Positions 19,060 to 28,246 of a DNA stretch of 64,000 nt are shown here, in pieces. The first letter of the stretch is position 1. Each line of letters starts with the position of its first letter. The stretch is from positions 4,096,001-4,160,000 of the forward strand of contig OY829846.1 in NCBI GenBank assembly GCA_963691875.1, in the 5' to 3' direction. Under the pieces are notes generated by a model that saw nothing but the letters and a program-made list of their open reading frames with translations, did no database searches and was not told where the DNA came from. Source of the stretch: Aureliella sp. (GTDB taxonomy: Bacteria > Planctomycetota > Planctomycetia > Pirellulales > Pirellulaceae). Both the position numbers and the translations under genes were made by a program.

Positions 19060-19704
19060 ATGAAGAAACTAGATGCTTTCGTCATCGATGAACTGGTTGC
19101 CGGAAACCTCCACGGCGAGCAGTACCGCCGAGTCTTGAAGGCCTTGGACGAGCAGCCGGATGGTTGGAAAGAGTGTGCGATGGCATTCCTGCAGGAGCAG
19201 GCTCTGAAGCGTGAACTTCGAGTTTTGGCGGCTGACGACGAGATCTGGAATCCAAATCGTAAGTCGAGAGCGATTGTGGAGACGCCGGCGTCAGTGCATC
19301 CGGTTTCGCCTATCAAAAGTTCAGAGCACGTTCGACTCGAGTGGATGACTCGACTTTCATCCATAGCGGCATTGCTACTGCTCAGCTTCAGTGTTGGCTG
19401 GTTCGGTGCGGGTTGGGGCCGGGGAACGTCCGAATCTGATGGGAAACCTTCTGAAGCAACCGTGGCTGGGGGCCAAGCCAATGAAATACCAGCAGCGGCC
19501 GATGGTAGCATTTCACCAATGTATGTGGGCAAGGAAATGATCCCTGTGGATCGTAGTCCACCAGCACTTCTCCAAGAACTGGAAAGCCGCGGCTCTATCA
19601 ACTTAGAGTCGTTTGATGGCTATGTTCCTGTGCGCGTTGGCGATTCTATTGAGTTGATTCCTGTCCAACAGTACCGCGTCCGCTCTGGCTCGGTTCCTTA
19701 TTAA
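19060..19704 (+). CDS. Putative single-pass anti-sigma factor
   Basis: Directly follows the ECF sigma; soluble N-terminus, one TM helix (IAALLLLSFSVGWFG), C-terminal tail. Confidence 0.6.
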   Translation: MKKLDAFVIDELVAGNLHGEQYRRVLKALDEQPDGWKECAMAFLQEQALKRELRVLAADDEIWNPNRKSRAIVETPASVHPVSPIKSSEHVRLEWMTRLSSIAALLLLSFSVGWFGAGWGRGTSESDGKPSEATVAGGQANEIPAAADGSISPMYVGKEMIPVDRSPPALLQELESRGSINLESFDGYVPVRVGDSIELIPVQQYRVRSGSVPY

Positions 19705-19725
19705 GCCCTTGGCCGTTAGCAGTTA

Positions 19726-19756
19726 GCTTTGGCTTTGGCTTTGGCTTTGGCTTTGG
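19726..19756. repeat. Hexanucleotide tandem repeat (GCTTTG)x5
   Basis: Five perfect consecutive units, 21 bp after the stop of the putative anti-sigma gene. Confidence 0.9.
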
Positions 19757-19979
19757 ATCGTCCTCGTAATTCTTTCTTTGGCCTCATCTGCATCTCTCGA
19801 GTTTGGTTCAAGTCTTTGACGGTTTTTCGCGATTTTTTTGGAACCATTCGAAACAAGTTCTAACGATCGGAAACCTTTTTGCTGATCGATCAAATCATCA
19901 AGATCTAAAACGCAAAGCGGTCAGTCGTGGCGCGGAAGAGAATCAGTAAATACAAATCGATAATTCGGAGCAGATCGAA

Positions 19980-21191
19980 ATGTTCAAGACAATGAAAAGA
20001 AAGTGGTTGCGATTGGCTTGTGCAACAATGGTGGCCTCCTCAGCTGGTTTTGCTTTTAGCAATCCTGTCCAAGCACAAGAAGAGTCGGAGTTCGTTCAAA
20101 AGATTCGTGTGCTGGCTCAAGCCGGTGACGAGGACGGCGAAGACGCTAAGGCAGAAGAGATCATCGTCAAAGTCGATGGTTCAGGCAAACTGCCCAAAGT
20201 CTGGCTAGGCGTGATGCTTAAGGAGATCGAAGGCGACTTGGCTGAATACCTTGGCGACGTCCAAGGTGTCCTCATTGGCGAAGTGATGGATGACAGTCCT
20301 GCAGAGAAGGCAGGCCTGAAGAAGGGCGATGTCCTCAAAGCAGTCAACGACAAAGAAATGGAGGAGACTCAAGTTCTGATGAGCCTGCTAGCGGACACCG
20401 AAGTCGGCGAAGCACTTGCGTTCCAAATCCTTCGCAATGGCAAGGAAATGGAGCTGAAAGTTAAGCCAGCCAAGCGTCCTAAGCGTTTTGCGGGTGGTGG
20501 CGTCTTTATTCCAGAAGATATGGGTATCGACTTGGACGTTGAGATCGACGCTGATGAAATCAATGGTGACGTGTTGAACGCTCTGAAGCGACTCAAGGTC
20601 GGTGATGATGACATCAACGTGTTCCGCTTTGGTGGCCCAGGACTGGCTATTCGCGGCGGCAAAGATGCCAAAAATTCTTCTTCCAACAATCGCATCGCCG
20701 TGATCAATAATGGTGGCGAGAACCTAAAGGTTGAAGTGAATCAAAAGGATGGTGGTCCTGCAACAATCACTGTGACGAAAGATGGCGAGACAGAGAAGTA
20801 CACCGAAAAGGACTTGGAGGACTTGTCAGAGGATGTGCTCAAGATTGTCAAGCCAATGCTGGGTGGTGGTGATGCTCGCATCGAGGTACGCATGATGCCA
20901 ATGGTTCTTGAAACTCTCGAAGGCCGTTTGAACAACGAAGATTTGCAAGAGAAGCTTCGTGAGATGGCTGAGAAGCATCGGATCATCATCAGAGGCCAAG
21001 CAGAAGAGGCAGAAAAGCAAGCTACCAAGGCTCGGGAAGCTGTTGAGAAGGCGATGAAGTCTCAGCGGAAAATCGTTGAAGGCGTTCGTATCAAGAGCCA
21101 AGAAATGGAAGAGCTTCGCTCCTTGGTCGAAGAGCTAAAGCAAGAAGTGAAAGAGCTTCGCAGTAAGCTCAAGGAAAAGGGCGAAGAGTAG
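19980..21191 (+). CDS. Exported PDZ domain protein with C-terminal coiled coil
   Basis: Signal peptide (..VQA), PDZ motifs WLGV..GVLIGEVMDDSPAEKAGLKKGDV; no trypsin triad seen. Confidence 0.85.
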   Translation: MFKTMKRKWLRLACATMVASSAGFAFSNPVQAQEESEFVQKIRVLAQAGDEDGEDAKAEEIIVKVDGSGKLPKVWLGVMLKEIEGDLAEYLGDVQGVLIGEVMDDSPAEKAGLKKGDVLKAVNDKEMEETQVLMSLLADTEVGEALAFQILRNGKEMELKVKPAKRPKRFAGGGVFIPEDMGIDLDVEIDADEINGDVLNALKRLKVGDDDINVFRFGGPGLAIRGGKDAKNSSSNNRIAVINNGGENLKVEVNQKDGGPATITVTKDGETEKYTEKDLEDLSEDVLKIVKPMLGGGDARIEVRMMPMVLETLEGRLNNEDLQEKLREMAEKHRIIIRGQAEEAEKQATKAREAVEKAMKSQRKIVEGVRIKSQEMEELRSLVEELKQEVKELRSKLKEKGEE

Positions 21192-21297
21192 CTCTCAAGC
21201 GATCAATTCGAATCGGCCTTGCCCTTTTAGGGAGGCGGGCAAGAGGCAGCTTGCTTCAGAAAATAGCTCGGCCATTCGAACGGAACAGGAAGCGGGT

Positions 21298-21333
21298 GGG
21301 CTGTTGCTGAGAAATCGGCAGCAGCCCTTTTTT
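21298..21333 (+). terminator. Rho-independent terminator
   Basis: GGGCTGTTGCTGA-GAAA-TCGGCAGCAGCCC stem-loop followed by TTTTTT, downstream of the PDZ gene. Confidence 0.85.
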
Positions 21334-21429
21334 CATTCTGGTTCTTTTCGAACTCTTTGCGGCACTTAGCGCTGGAAGTGGACGGGGTAACGAATCCGGT
21401 GGCAACGCCACCCGATTTAGCTGGCGACT

Positions 21430-22302
21430 TTACTTCGAGTCAAAGCTGAGAGGCCCAATTCCCTGACTGGCCAGCACTTCCAGATACTCTTTCGGGGAAT
21501 CTTGTAGCTTCTTCACGCAGCCCAAGCAGCAAACGTAGACTGCTTTGCCATCGAGGTTGACTTTCATGGGTGGCCCCATCGATCCCAAGTCCTTGTTCAT
21601 CACGGGGCAGATGTATTGTGCTTCAATCGCCCCGGCATCAGCCAAGGACGCCTCGAAAATTCCCGGTCGCACTTCGTTCTGCTTCGGCGCGTAGTATCGC
21701 TTCAAGTGCTTCGCTGACTCGCTTTTCAACTTTTTCGCGCAGGGTTGGCAGCAAACAAACAGTGGTTTTCCGTCCAGCATTACTTTGAGCGGCGCGCCCA
21801 TCGAGCCAAGCCGCTTGCCAGTAATGGGACAGGTCCTCTGCAATGACGCCAGAAGCTTGTCGTCAACGACGGATAGCTTCACGCTTGTCTGCAAGAAAAT
21901 GGTGTCTCGCCCGGGGAAGTCAATAGTTGCATCAAGATGTAACTCCTTGCCAACGATTTTCGTCAAGTTCACGGCCGCTCCGATGCCCTCACCTTTCAAT
22001 CCCTCGAGCCGCAGCGCATGGACCTTGGGCGAGTCTCCGACTTTCAGCTGCAACACGCCTGAAGCTTTTCTGTGTCGGAATACCGTTCCATCGGAGTCGA
22101 CGAGGTAGAAGCGAATGCCACGCCGCGAGAGAACGGTTTCCACTTCGACGGTTCCGACATCGGCAAGCTGCCCGCCGCGCGATCCAGTGTCCGGTTGAGC
22201 CGAGACAGAATCTACCGACGTGAACAGCAGGGCCAGAGACAAGCAGACTTGGACCGAAGTCTTTTTGAATTCTCGGAAAGGCGAGGGTATGCATCGGTTC
22301 AT
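21430..22302 (-). CDS. Exported protein with two YHS/TRASH-like Cys metal-binding repeats
   Basis: CPITGKRLGSMG..FVCCQPC and CPVMNKDLGSMG..YVCCLGC; start overlaps the cusA stop. Confidence 0.75.
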   Translation of the reverse strand: MNRCIPSPFREFKKTSVQVCLSLALLFTSVDSVSAQPDTGSRGGQLADVGTVEVETVLSRRGIRFYLVDSDGTVFRHRKASGVLQLKVGDSPKVHALRLEGLKGEGIGAAVNLTKIVGKELHLDATIDFPGRDTIFLQTSVKLSVVDDKLLASLQRTCPITGKRLGSMGAPLKVMLDGKPLFVCCQPCAKKLKSESAKHLKRYYAPKQNEVRPGIFEASLADAGAIEAQYICPVMNKDLGSMGPPMKVNLDGKAVYVCCLGCVKKLQDSPKEYLEVLASQGIGPLSFDSK

Positions 22303-25300
22303 TGGTTTTCCTTTTTAGTAACTGGAGCTAGCCGCAGTCGGGTTTCCAGGTACGCCGAGTAGACTGTAGGAACGATAAACGACGTTAGGGGCTCAACGAG
22401 CATGCCACCAAAAACCGGCAGTGCCATGGCTCGAGCTACGTCCGCACCCCGGCCATCGCTTAGCAGAACTGGCGACAATGCCACTAAGGTGGTTGCGGTA
22501 GTCATCACGCAAGGTCGGATGCGTTTCAGTCCCGCGGCATAAACAGTGTCACGGATTTTTTGCACAGACTTTGGTTTCTCGGCGAGAAGCTTTTGATGGA
22601 TGTACGTCGCCATGACCACGCCATCGTCGACTGCCACACCAAACAGTGCGATGAATCCGACCCAGACCGCGGTGTTCAATTCGACTTGCATGAACGCCAC
22701 AGCCAGCATGCCCCCCGCGAATGCTACCGGAATGCCGCTGAACACGGCAAGCGAGATAGGGAGATTGCGAAACTGCAAGTAGATCAGAATAAGATTAATC
22801 AGGATCACCAATGGAATGATCCACATGAGACGGCGATTGGCTTCGATTTGATTGCGGAAACTGCCAACAATCTCTATCGAGTATCCGGCTGGCAGGGCAA
22901 GGGTTTCTTGCTCGAGTTGCGCGTCGCGAAGCTGTTTTTCAATCGCAGCAATAGCTTCCAAAACCCCCAAGTTTTCCTTCGTAGAGAAAGCAACGTGCGC
23001 TACGAGTCTTGCATTTTCGCTGTTGATTGCGGCGGGGCCCCAACTCGTTTCTAGCTTGGCGAGTTCTTCCAGCGGGACGACTGCAGAATCCGAAGTGACG
23101 ACTGGCAATCGGTTCAACTGATCAATATGTTGTCGGGTGTCCCGAATGTATCTCAGACGGACTGGATAGCGCTCACGCCCCTCGAACGTCTGAATGAGGT
23201 TCATGCCTCCGAGGGCTGTCTCGATCACTTGGTTGACCCTTTCCGTGCTCATTCCGTAACGAGCCGAGCTCTCACGATCGACCGTAAACTCGACGTAAGG
23301 TTTGCCGAGCACGATATCAGGATTAACTGTTGCGGGATCGATCTGCGGCAAGGTCTTCAGTAGCTCTGCAACTTTTATCGCCGAGCGTCCAAGCGATTTC
23401 AGGTCGTCACCGAAAATTCGAATGGCCATTGGAGCTTTGATTCCGGACTGCAACATGACCACGCGGCCTTCGATCGGCTGCAGTTCCGAAGCACGGGTGA
23501 CTCCGGGAAGCGTGGCAGCACGATTGATCTCATTCCAGATGTCTTTGGGGGTAATTCCAGGCCTCCACTCCCTCTTTGGCTTTAGCATCACGTAGGTCTC
23601 GACCATCGCAGCAGGAGCGGGATCCAAAGCAGATTCGACGCGTCCGATCTTGCCCAGCACGTCTTTGACTTCTGGGATCTGACCAATCAGCACGTCTTGT
23701 GTCTGCAGGATCTGCATCGCCTGGCTAAAGCTAACAGCTGGGTAAAAAGTCGGCATGTAGAACCAGCTGCCTTCGTCTAACGCGATCCAGTCATCGGAAG
23801 AAAGGCCAGGTAGCAAATGCTTGCCGTCGACGTAGCCTGGCAATTCGTTGAAGTCGGCTCCGAGTTGTTCTGCCGCGATCTCTACAGGACGGAGGAGTTT
23901 CGGGAGTCCAATCCATGCACCGAAGCCGAGTAGCACGAGAAGCGATGGCAATGACAAAGCTATCTTCTTGTGACCGAGCGCATAGCGAAGTCGCGCTGCG
24001 TAGATCCAACGCACTAAGCGACTGGTGGGAATCTCTTCAAGCGAGCGGACTCGCTCCCGTTGAAACTGCCAGAGAACAAGTGCAGCGGCAGCTCCCAAAA
24101 CCAAAGGGCTTGCCCACGGCGGAATTCCAATAAGATCCTCGATGGGATCGCCCCAAACAAAATAGCCAAGCGCCCCGAATAGCACGCTCGACGCAAGGCA
24201 CCAGCCAAGAGTTCGCTTTATCGAAGGGCGTGCTGATTTGCGAAGTAGCAAACGGCTAAGCGCTGGCACAATGGTTACAGCCGCGATCAGTGCCGCTGCG
24301 ATGGCAAAAGTCTTGGTGAACGCCAGCGGAGCAAACAGCCGGTAGTCGCGGCCGGTCAAGCAAAACACAGGCAGAAAAGAAACGATCGTCGTCATCACTG
24401 CAGTTCGAACTGCTGGAGCCACCTCAATCGCGGCGTCAGCCACCAACCGCCAAGGTTGTGTACCTTCGTCTGCCGTTTCTCGGCCGACTTTCTCGTAGAT
24501 GTTTTCCGCGACGATGATACCCATGTCGACCATCGTCCCGATAGCGATAGCTATCCCGGCGAGTGACATGATATTGGCTTCGATGCCGCCGTAACGCATT
24601 GCTATGAATGACATGAGCACCGCCGCAGGCAGGCATACCGAGACGATAAAGCTGCTGCGAAAGTGAAGCAGAAACAGCAATACGACGATCGTGGTAATGA
24701 GAATTTCTTCCGCTAGCGCGATGCTCAGTGTTTCCATGGTTTCGTCGATCAGGCCCGTCCGATCATAAACGGCACGCAGTCCGACGCCTTGCAAAGCAGG
24801 TTCGATTTGCCGCATTTTCTCGCGCACACGCGCGATGACGCGGCGCGGATTCTCACCGTGTCGCATGACGACCACGCCACCAACGGCTTCCGAGCCGTTG
24901 TAGTCGAGGCCGCCACGGCGAAAGTCAGGCCCAAGTTGAACACGTCCAAGGTCTCGTACGCGAACCGGTATTCCATCGCGTTGGAGTACCACCGTATCCT
25001 CAATGTCGCGAGCAACTTTTTCCGCGTCGCCACCGCCAAGAAATCCTTTGCCGCGCAGGACAAACTCCATACCGCCCGTCTCCAGCGTCTTGGCTCCGAC
25101 ATCCAGATTCGACTGTTTGATCGCGGAAACGGCTTGATGTAGCGGAATACGAAAGAAGCGAAGTTTGTCGGGATCGAGGTCGATTTGGTACTGACGGATG
25201 TATCCACCGATAGAAGCGACCTCACTCACGCCGTCGACTGACTGCAACTCGAATTTAATGACGTAGTCCTGCAGACTGCGAAGATCGGCAAGCGAGAGAC

Positions 25301-25748
25301 CGGCTTCAGGTGGCTCGAGAACGTAGTAAAGTACCTGGCCTAGGCCAGTTGCATCGGGTCCGAGTTGCGGCGAGACGTTTGCGGGGAGCTGGCTACTCGC
25401 GACCCCAACTTGTTCCAGGACGCGGCTCCTGGCCCAATAGAAATCGACATTGTCAGCAAAAGTAACTTGGACAAAGCTGTATCCAAATAGACTCTTACCG
25501 CGAACCGATTCGGCTCCTGGAACGGCCTGTAGCGATACGCTAAGTGGGTAAGTAATTTGGTCTTCGACGTCCTTCGGTGACCTGCCGGGCCAAGCCGTAA
25601 GTACGATGACTTGGTTCTCACCGACATTGGGAATCGCATCGATCGGAACAGCGCGGAAACTGAACCATCCAAACACAAGGATTCCTATCATCCCCAGCAA
25701 AACGAGAATGGGCTCGCGCGTACTGAATTCGATTGTTCTTCTGAGCAT
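22299..25748 (-). CDS. cusA: CusA/CzcA family heavy-metal RND efflux permease
   Basis: PIDAIP, LGPDATGLG, NIMSLAGIAIAIG.MVD, RIRPCVMT; Met residues in FYMPT, AAMVET and VVMLQSG correspond to the CusA three-Met site. Confidence 0.92.
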   Translation of the reverse strand: MLRRTIEFSTREPILVLLGMIGILVFGWFSFRAVPIDAIPNVGENQVIVLTAWPGRSPKDVEDQITYPLSVSLQAVPGAESVRGKSLFGYSFVQVTFADNVDFYWARSRVLEQVGVASSQLPANVSPQLGPDATGLGQVLYYVLEPPEAGLSLADLRSLQDYVIKFELQSVDGVSEVASIGGYIRQYQIDLDPDKLRFFRIPLHQAVSAIKQSNLDVGAKTLETGGMEFVLRGKGFLGGGDAEKVARDIEDTVVLQRDGIPVRVRDLGRVQLGPDFRRGGLDYNGSEAVGGVVVMRHGENPRRVIARVREKMRQIEPALQGVGLRAVYDRTGLIDETMETLSIALAEEILITTIVVLLFLLHFRSSFIVSVCLPAAVLMSFIAMRYGGIEANIMSLAGIAIAIGTMVDMGIIVAENIYEKVGRETADEGTQPWRLVADAAIEVAPAVRTAVMTTIVSFLPVFCLTGRDYRLFAPLAFTKTFAIAAALIAAVTIVPALSRLLLRKSARPSIKRTLGWCLASSVLFGALGYFVWGDPIEDLIGIPPWASPLVLGAAAALVLWQFQRERVRSLEEIPTSRLVRWIYAARLRYALGHKKIALSLPSLLVLLGFGAWIGLPKLLRPVEIAAEQLGADFNELPGYVDGKHLLPGLSSDDWIALDEGSWFYMPTFYPAVSFSQAMQILQTQDVLIGQIPEVKDVLGKIGRVESALDPAPAAMVETYVMLKPKREWRPGITPKDIWNEINRAATLPGVTRASELQPIEGRVVMLQSGIKAPMAIRIFGDDLKSLGRSAIKVAELLKTLPQIDPATVNPDIVLGKPYVEFTVDRESSARYGMSTERVNQVIETALGGMNLIQTFEGRERYPVRLRYIRDTRQHIDQLNRLPVVTSDSAVVPLEELAKLETSWGPAAINSENARLVAHVAFSTKENLGVLEAIAAIEKQLRDAQLEQETLALPAGYSIEIVGSFRNQIEANRRLMWIIPLVILINLILIYLQFRNLPISLAVFSGIPVAFAGGMLAVAFMQVELNTAVWVGFIALFGVAVDDGVVMATYIHQKLLAEKPKSVQKIRDTVYAAGLKRIRPCVMTTATTLVALSPVLLSDGRGADVARAMALPVFGGMLVEPLTSFIVPTVYSAYLETRLRLAPVTKKENQ

Positions 25749-27307
25749 TACAAATCCAGTGACTGCTCTTCGAGGCCTTCGAATGGATCTTGCTGTGATC
25801 CTGAGCGACCGCTCTTTGCTCCCGGTGGGGAAGCGCGACTTGGGTCGAGCAGAGAAGCGTTACCGATGAGTTGCGACTGGGAGTCGAGAAGGAAGTTGCC
25901 GTCAGTCGCCACGGCTTCTTCGGCTTCCAAGCCTGCCGAAACAGCCGCGTGAGACTGAGTGAAGGCAGCTACGCTAATTCTTCGGACTTCAAATTTTCCT
26001 GGTTCCACTTCCACGTAGATGACGCTGTTGTCGCCTACCGTCAGCACGGCGTTTCGCGGCACCAGAATATGTTGCTGCTCGGGAAGTGGCGTGGGGGAAA
26101 AACCGAGTTCTGCTGTAGAAACCAATTCCATGTCGCACACTGGGCAGGCCCCAGGTTCGTCTCGGATGACTTGCGGATGCATCGGGCTTATGAATTTTCC
26201 AGCTAGTTCCGGATCGTAGATCGTGGGTTGGGGCAGGGCTGGGACGGCAATCCGCGCTTTCGCATAGTCTCCGGGCTTCAAGGTTTCGTTGGGGTTGGCC
26301 AGTTCCACTCGGACGCGAACCGTTCGAGTCTTTTTGTCGACGGTGGGATCGATGAATGCGACTCGACCAACGAATAGTTTTTCGGGATCGGAGGAAATCT
26401 GTGCAGTCACTCGCTGCCCAAATCGAACAACCGAGGCGTCATCAGGAAACAGATCAAGCATTAGCCAGACGGTCGAAAGGTCGGCCACGCGGTATAGAGG
26501 CTGGCCTGCTTGAACGTAGTCACCCTCGGCTACCAGCTTTTCGATGACTCGCCCGCCTTGCGGGGACTCGATCCGCACGCGCGAAGAGGGCTTTCGTCGC
26601 TCCCCGAGTGCAACGATTTGAGAGGAACTCATCCCGAGCTCAACCAGTCGTTCCGAGGTTAGGGCAAGGATTCCTTGGCGATCAACTATGCCAGACGTTG
26701 CTTGACCGAGGTTTGCCAAGTATTCGGTTTGAGCAGTGAAGAGTTCTGGACTGTAAAGGATTGCAAGGTTGTCTCCATGCTTCACCGGTATGCCTACATA
26801 GTCGGCAAACAGTTTTTCCAGTCGTCCGTCGGTGTAGGCCGCGATCGTGGAAAGTTGGCTTTGGTCGTATTCGATGGAACCAATAGTGCGGATGCTCCGC
26901 TTGGCCTGAGCTAACTTGGCCTTGGCAGTGCGGATCCCGACGATTCTTCGGATTGCCGGTTCAATTTCAAAGGAAACGCCGTCGCTCCCTTGTTGAGTCG
27001 TGGGTTCCAACTTCATCGCACAGACGGGGCATCGGCCCGGTTTTGAACTCGGTGGAACGCACATCATCGGACAGACGTAGCGGGTTGCTGTAGATGCAGA
27101 GGATGGAGCCGTCGTGTTCGCGTCGTTGCTCTTGATCCAGCCTTGACGCTGGGCGAAACCAAGTAGCCATATGGCTGCAGCGACGGTTAGGAGAACGATG
27201 GCCGACTTGGTCAAGCTGCGCAGCAGCCATGACCATCGTGAAAGCCAATTGCGAGGCGCCACTGAGTTAGAAGCGTGCTCGACTAGGGAAGGATTTTTTT
27301 TGCTCAT
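25748..27307 (-). CDS. cusB: CusB-like RND periplasmic adaptor with heavy-metal-binding domains
   Basis: YVCPMMC..PGRCPVCAMKL and SPMHP..PGACPVCDMEL; YSPELFTAQ, ADLSTVW, TRTVRVR. Confidence 0.9.
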   Translation of the reverse strand: MSKKNPSLVEHASNSVAPRNWLSRWSWLLRSLTKSAIVLLTVAAAIWLLGFAQRQGWIKSNDANTTAPSSASTATRYVCPMMCVPPSSKPGRCPVCAMKLEPTTQQGSDGVSFEIEPAIRRIVGIRTAKAKLAQAKRSIRTIGSIEYDQSQLSTIAAYTDGRLEKLFADYVGIPVKHGDNLAILYSPELFTAQTEYLANLGQATSGIVDRQGILALTSERLVELGMSSSQIVALGERRKPSSRVRIESPQGGRVIEKLVAEGDYVQAGQPLYRVADLSTVWLMLDLFPDDASVVRFGQRVTAQISSDPEKLFVGRVAFIDPTVDKKTRTVRVRVELANPNETLKPGDYAKARIAVPALPQPTIYDPELAGKFISPMHPQVIRDEPGACPVCDMELVSTAELGFSPTPLPEQQHILVPRNAVLTVGDNSVIYVEVEPGKFEVRRISVAAFTQSHAAVSAGLEAEEAVATDGNFLLDSQSQLIGNASLLDPSRASPPGAKSGRSGSQQDPFEGLEEQSLDL

Positions 27308-27437
27308 GGAACACTGTCCAACGGATCATGAAAAAGACATCGTGGGACAAGAGGTCCCAAGGTCACAGGTCAATGATCGTGAAAGGTCGATGGAATGCGC
27401 AAGTACGAAGTGTCAGCGAATAAGTGAACTTCGATTA

Positions 27438-27461
27438 CCGAAAGTCTTGACGAATTACGCT
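27438..27461 (-). repeat. REP-like repeat, family A copy
   Basis: CCGAAAGTCTTGACGAATTACGCT shares the GAAAGTCTTGACGA core with the other copies. Confidence 0.7.
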
Positions 27462-27558
27462 CAGAGGATCGGCACTAGCCTCAGAGTCTGAGAGCCAACA
27501 CAAGCCGACGCCGAGCGCGGGCTGGGCGTTCAACGTGCGCAGCAGCGAACGCGATAGC

Positions 27559-28134
27559 TCAAAGCCGCCAGACGCAAAGAGATGCGTGCGGAGAAAGGTG
27601 CAGACGATCTGGCCGCTGCACCACAACGGGACTTTTTCGAGACGAGTCCGTTGGATCTACGGCGACCAGTCTTGTGATTTCATAGCCAATCAGTCTTTTG
27701 GCCGATTGCTGATGGGAATGGCGATTAGACGGATCATTAGAAAGAGGCGTGTCGGATCGAATACAGTTACAGCTGCTCTGAACCTCAGGAGTATCGCCGC
27801 TAAGGTCTGATGGCTCTCTGTTCGGGCTCACCTCTCTTGCGGCGTCTTCGTCGGCCGCTTCACTCGAACTGACACAACAACTCTTGGGCTTCGAGGCGGA
27901 ACGCTTTGTAGGTTTTTGTTTGCAACAGGGACAATCTGTTGCGTTCGTTGCGATTTGGCAGCAGCCACACCCGGGACATGATGAGCCCAGCTCAACATGC
28001 TCAACTTGATTTGGACTGGATGAGCAGGGATTCGCCGACAAACAGCCAGCGCAGGAGACCGCAACATGCTGGAAAACCAGCGTGACGATCAGGCAAGTTG
28101 TAAGGGCTTTTTGAGTTTTGTGCCTTAGATGCAT
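27559..28134 (-). CDS. Cys-rich hypothetical protein upstream of cusB
   Basis: N-terminal hydrophobic segment, 16 Cys in CxxC/CC/CxC clusters, ends HASLCVWRL; start uncertain (28134 or 28143). Confidence 0.65.
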   Translation of the reverse strand: MHLRHKTQKALTTCLIVTLVFQHVAVSCAGCLSANPCSSSPNQVEHVELGSSCPGCGCCQIATNATDCPCCKQKPTKRSASKPKSCCVSSSEAADEDAAREVSPNREPSDLSGDTPEVQSSCNCIRSDTPLSNDPSNRHSHQQSAKRLIGYEITRLVAVDPTDSSRKSPVVVQRPDRLHLSPHASLCVWRL

Positions 28135-28246
28135 TGCAGGCATCCGATCAAAGTTGATGAGCATTTCTGCAACTCATGTTACTCCTTGTTGGGTCTGCAG
28201 AGAACGCAGATTTTTCGCTTTTCACCCTGAATCGTTGGATAACAGG

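Noticed and set aside
18906..19601. Longer antisense or alternate-frame ORFs (also 4476-5063, 54614-55210, 59096-59602, 61955-62437)
   Set aside because: They shadow well-supported genes on the opposite strand and show no motifs.
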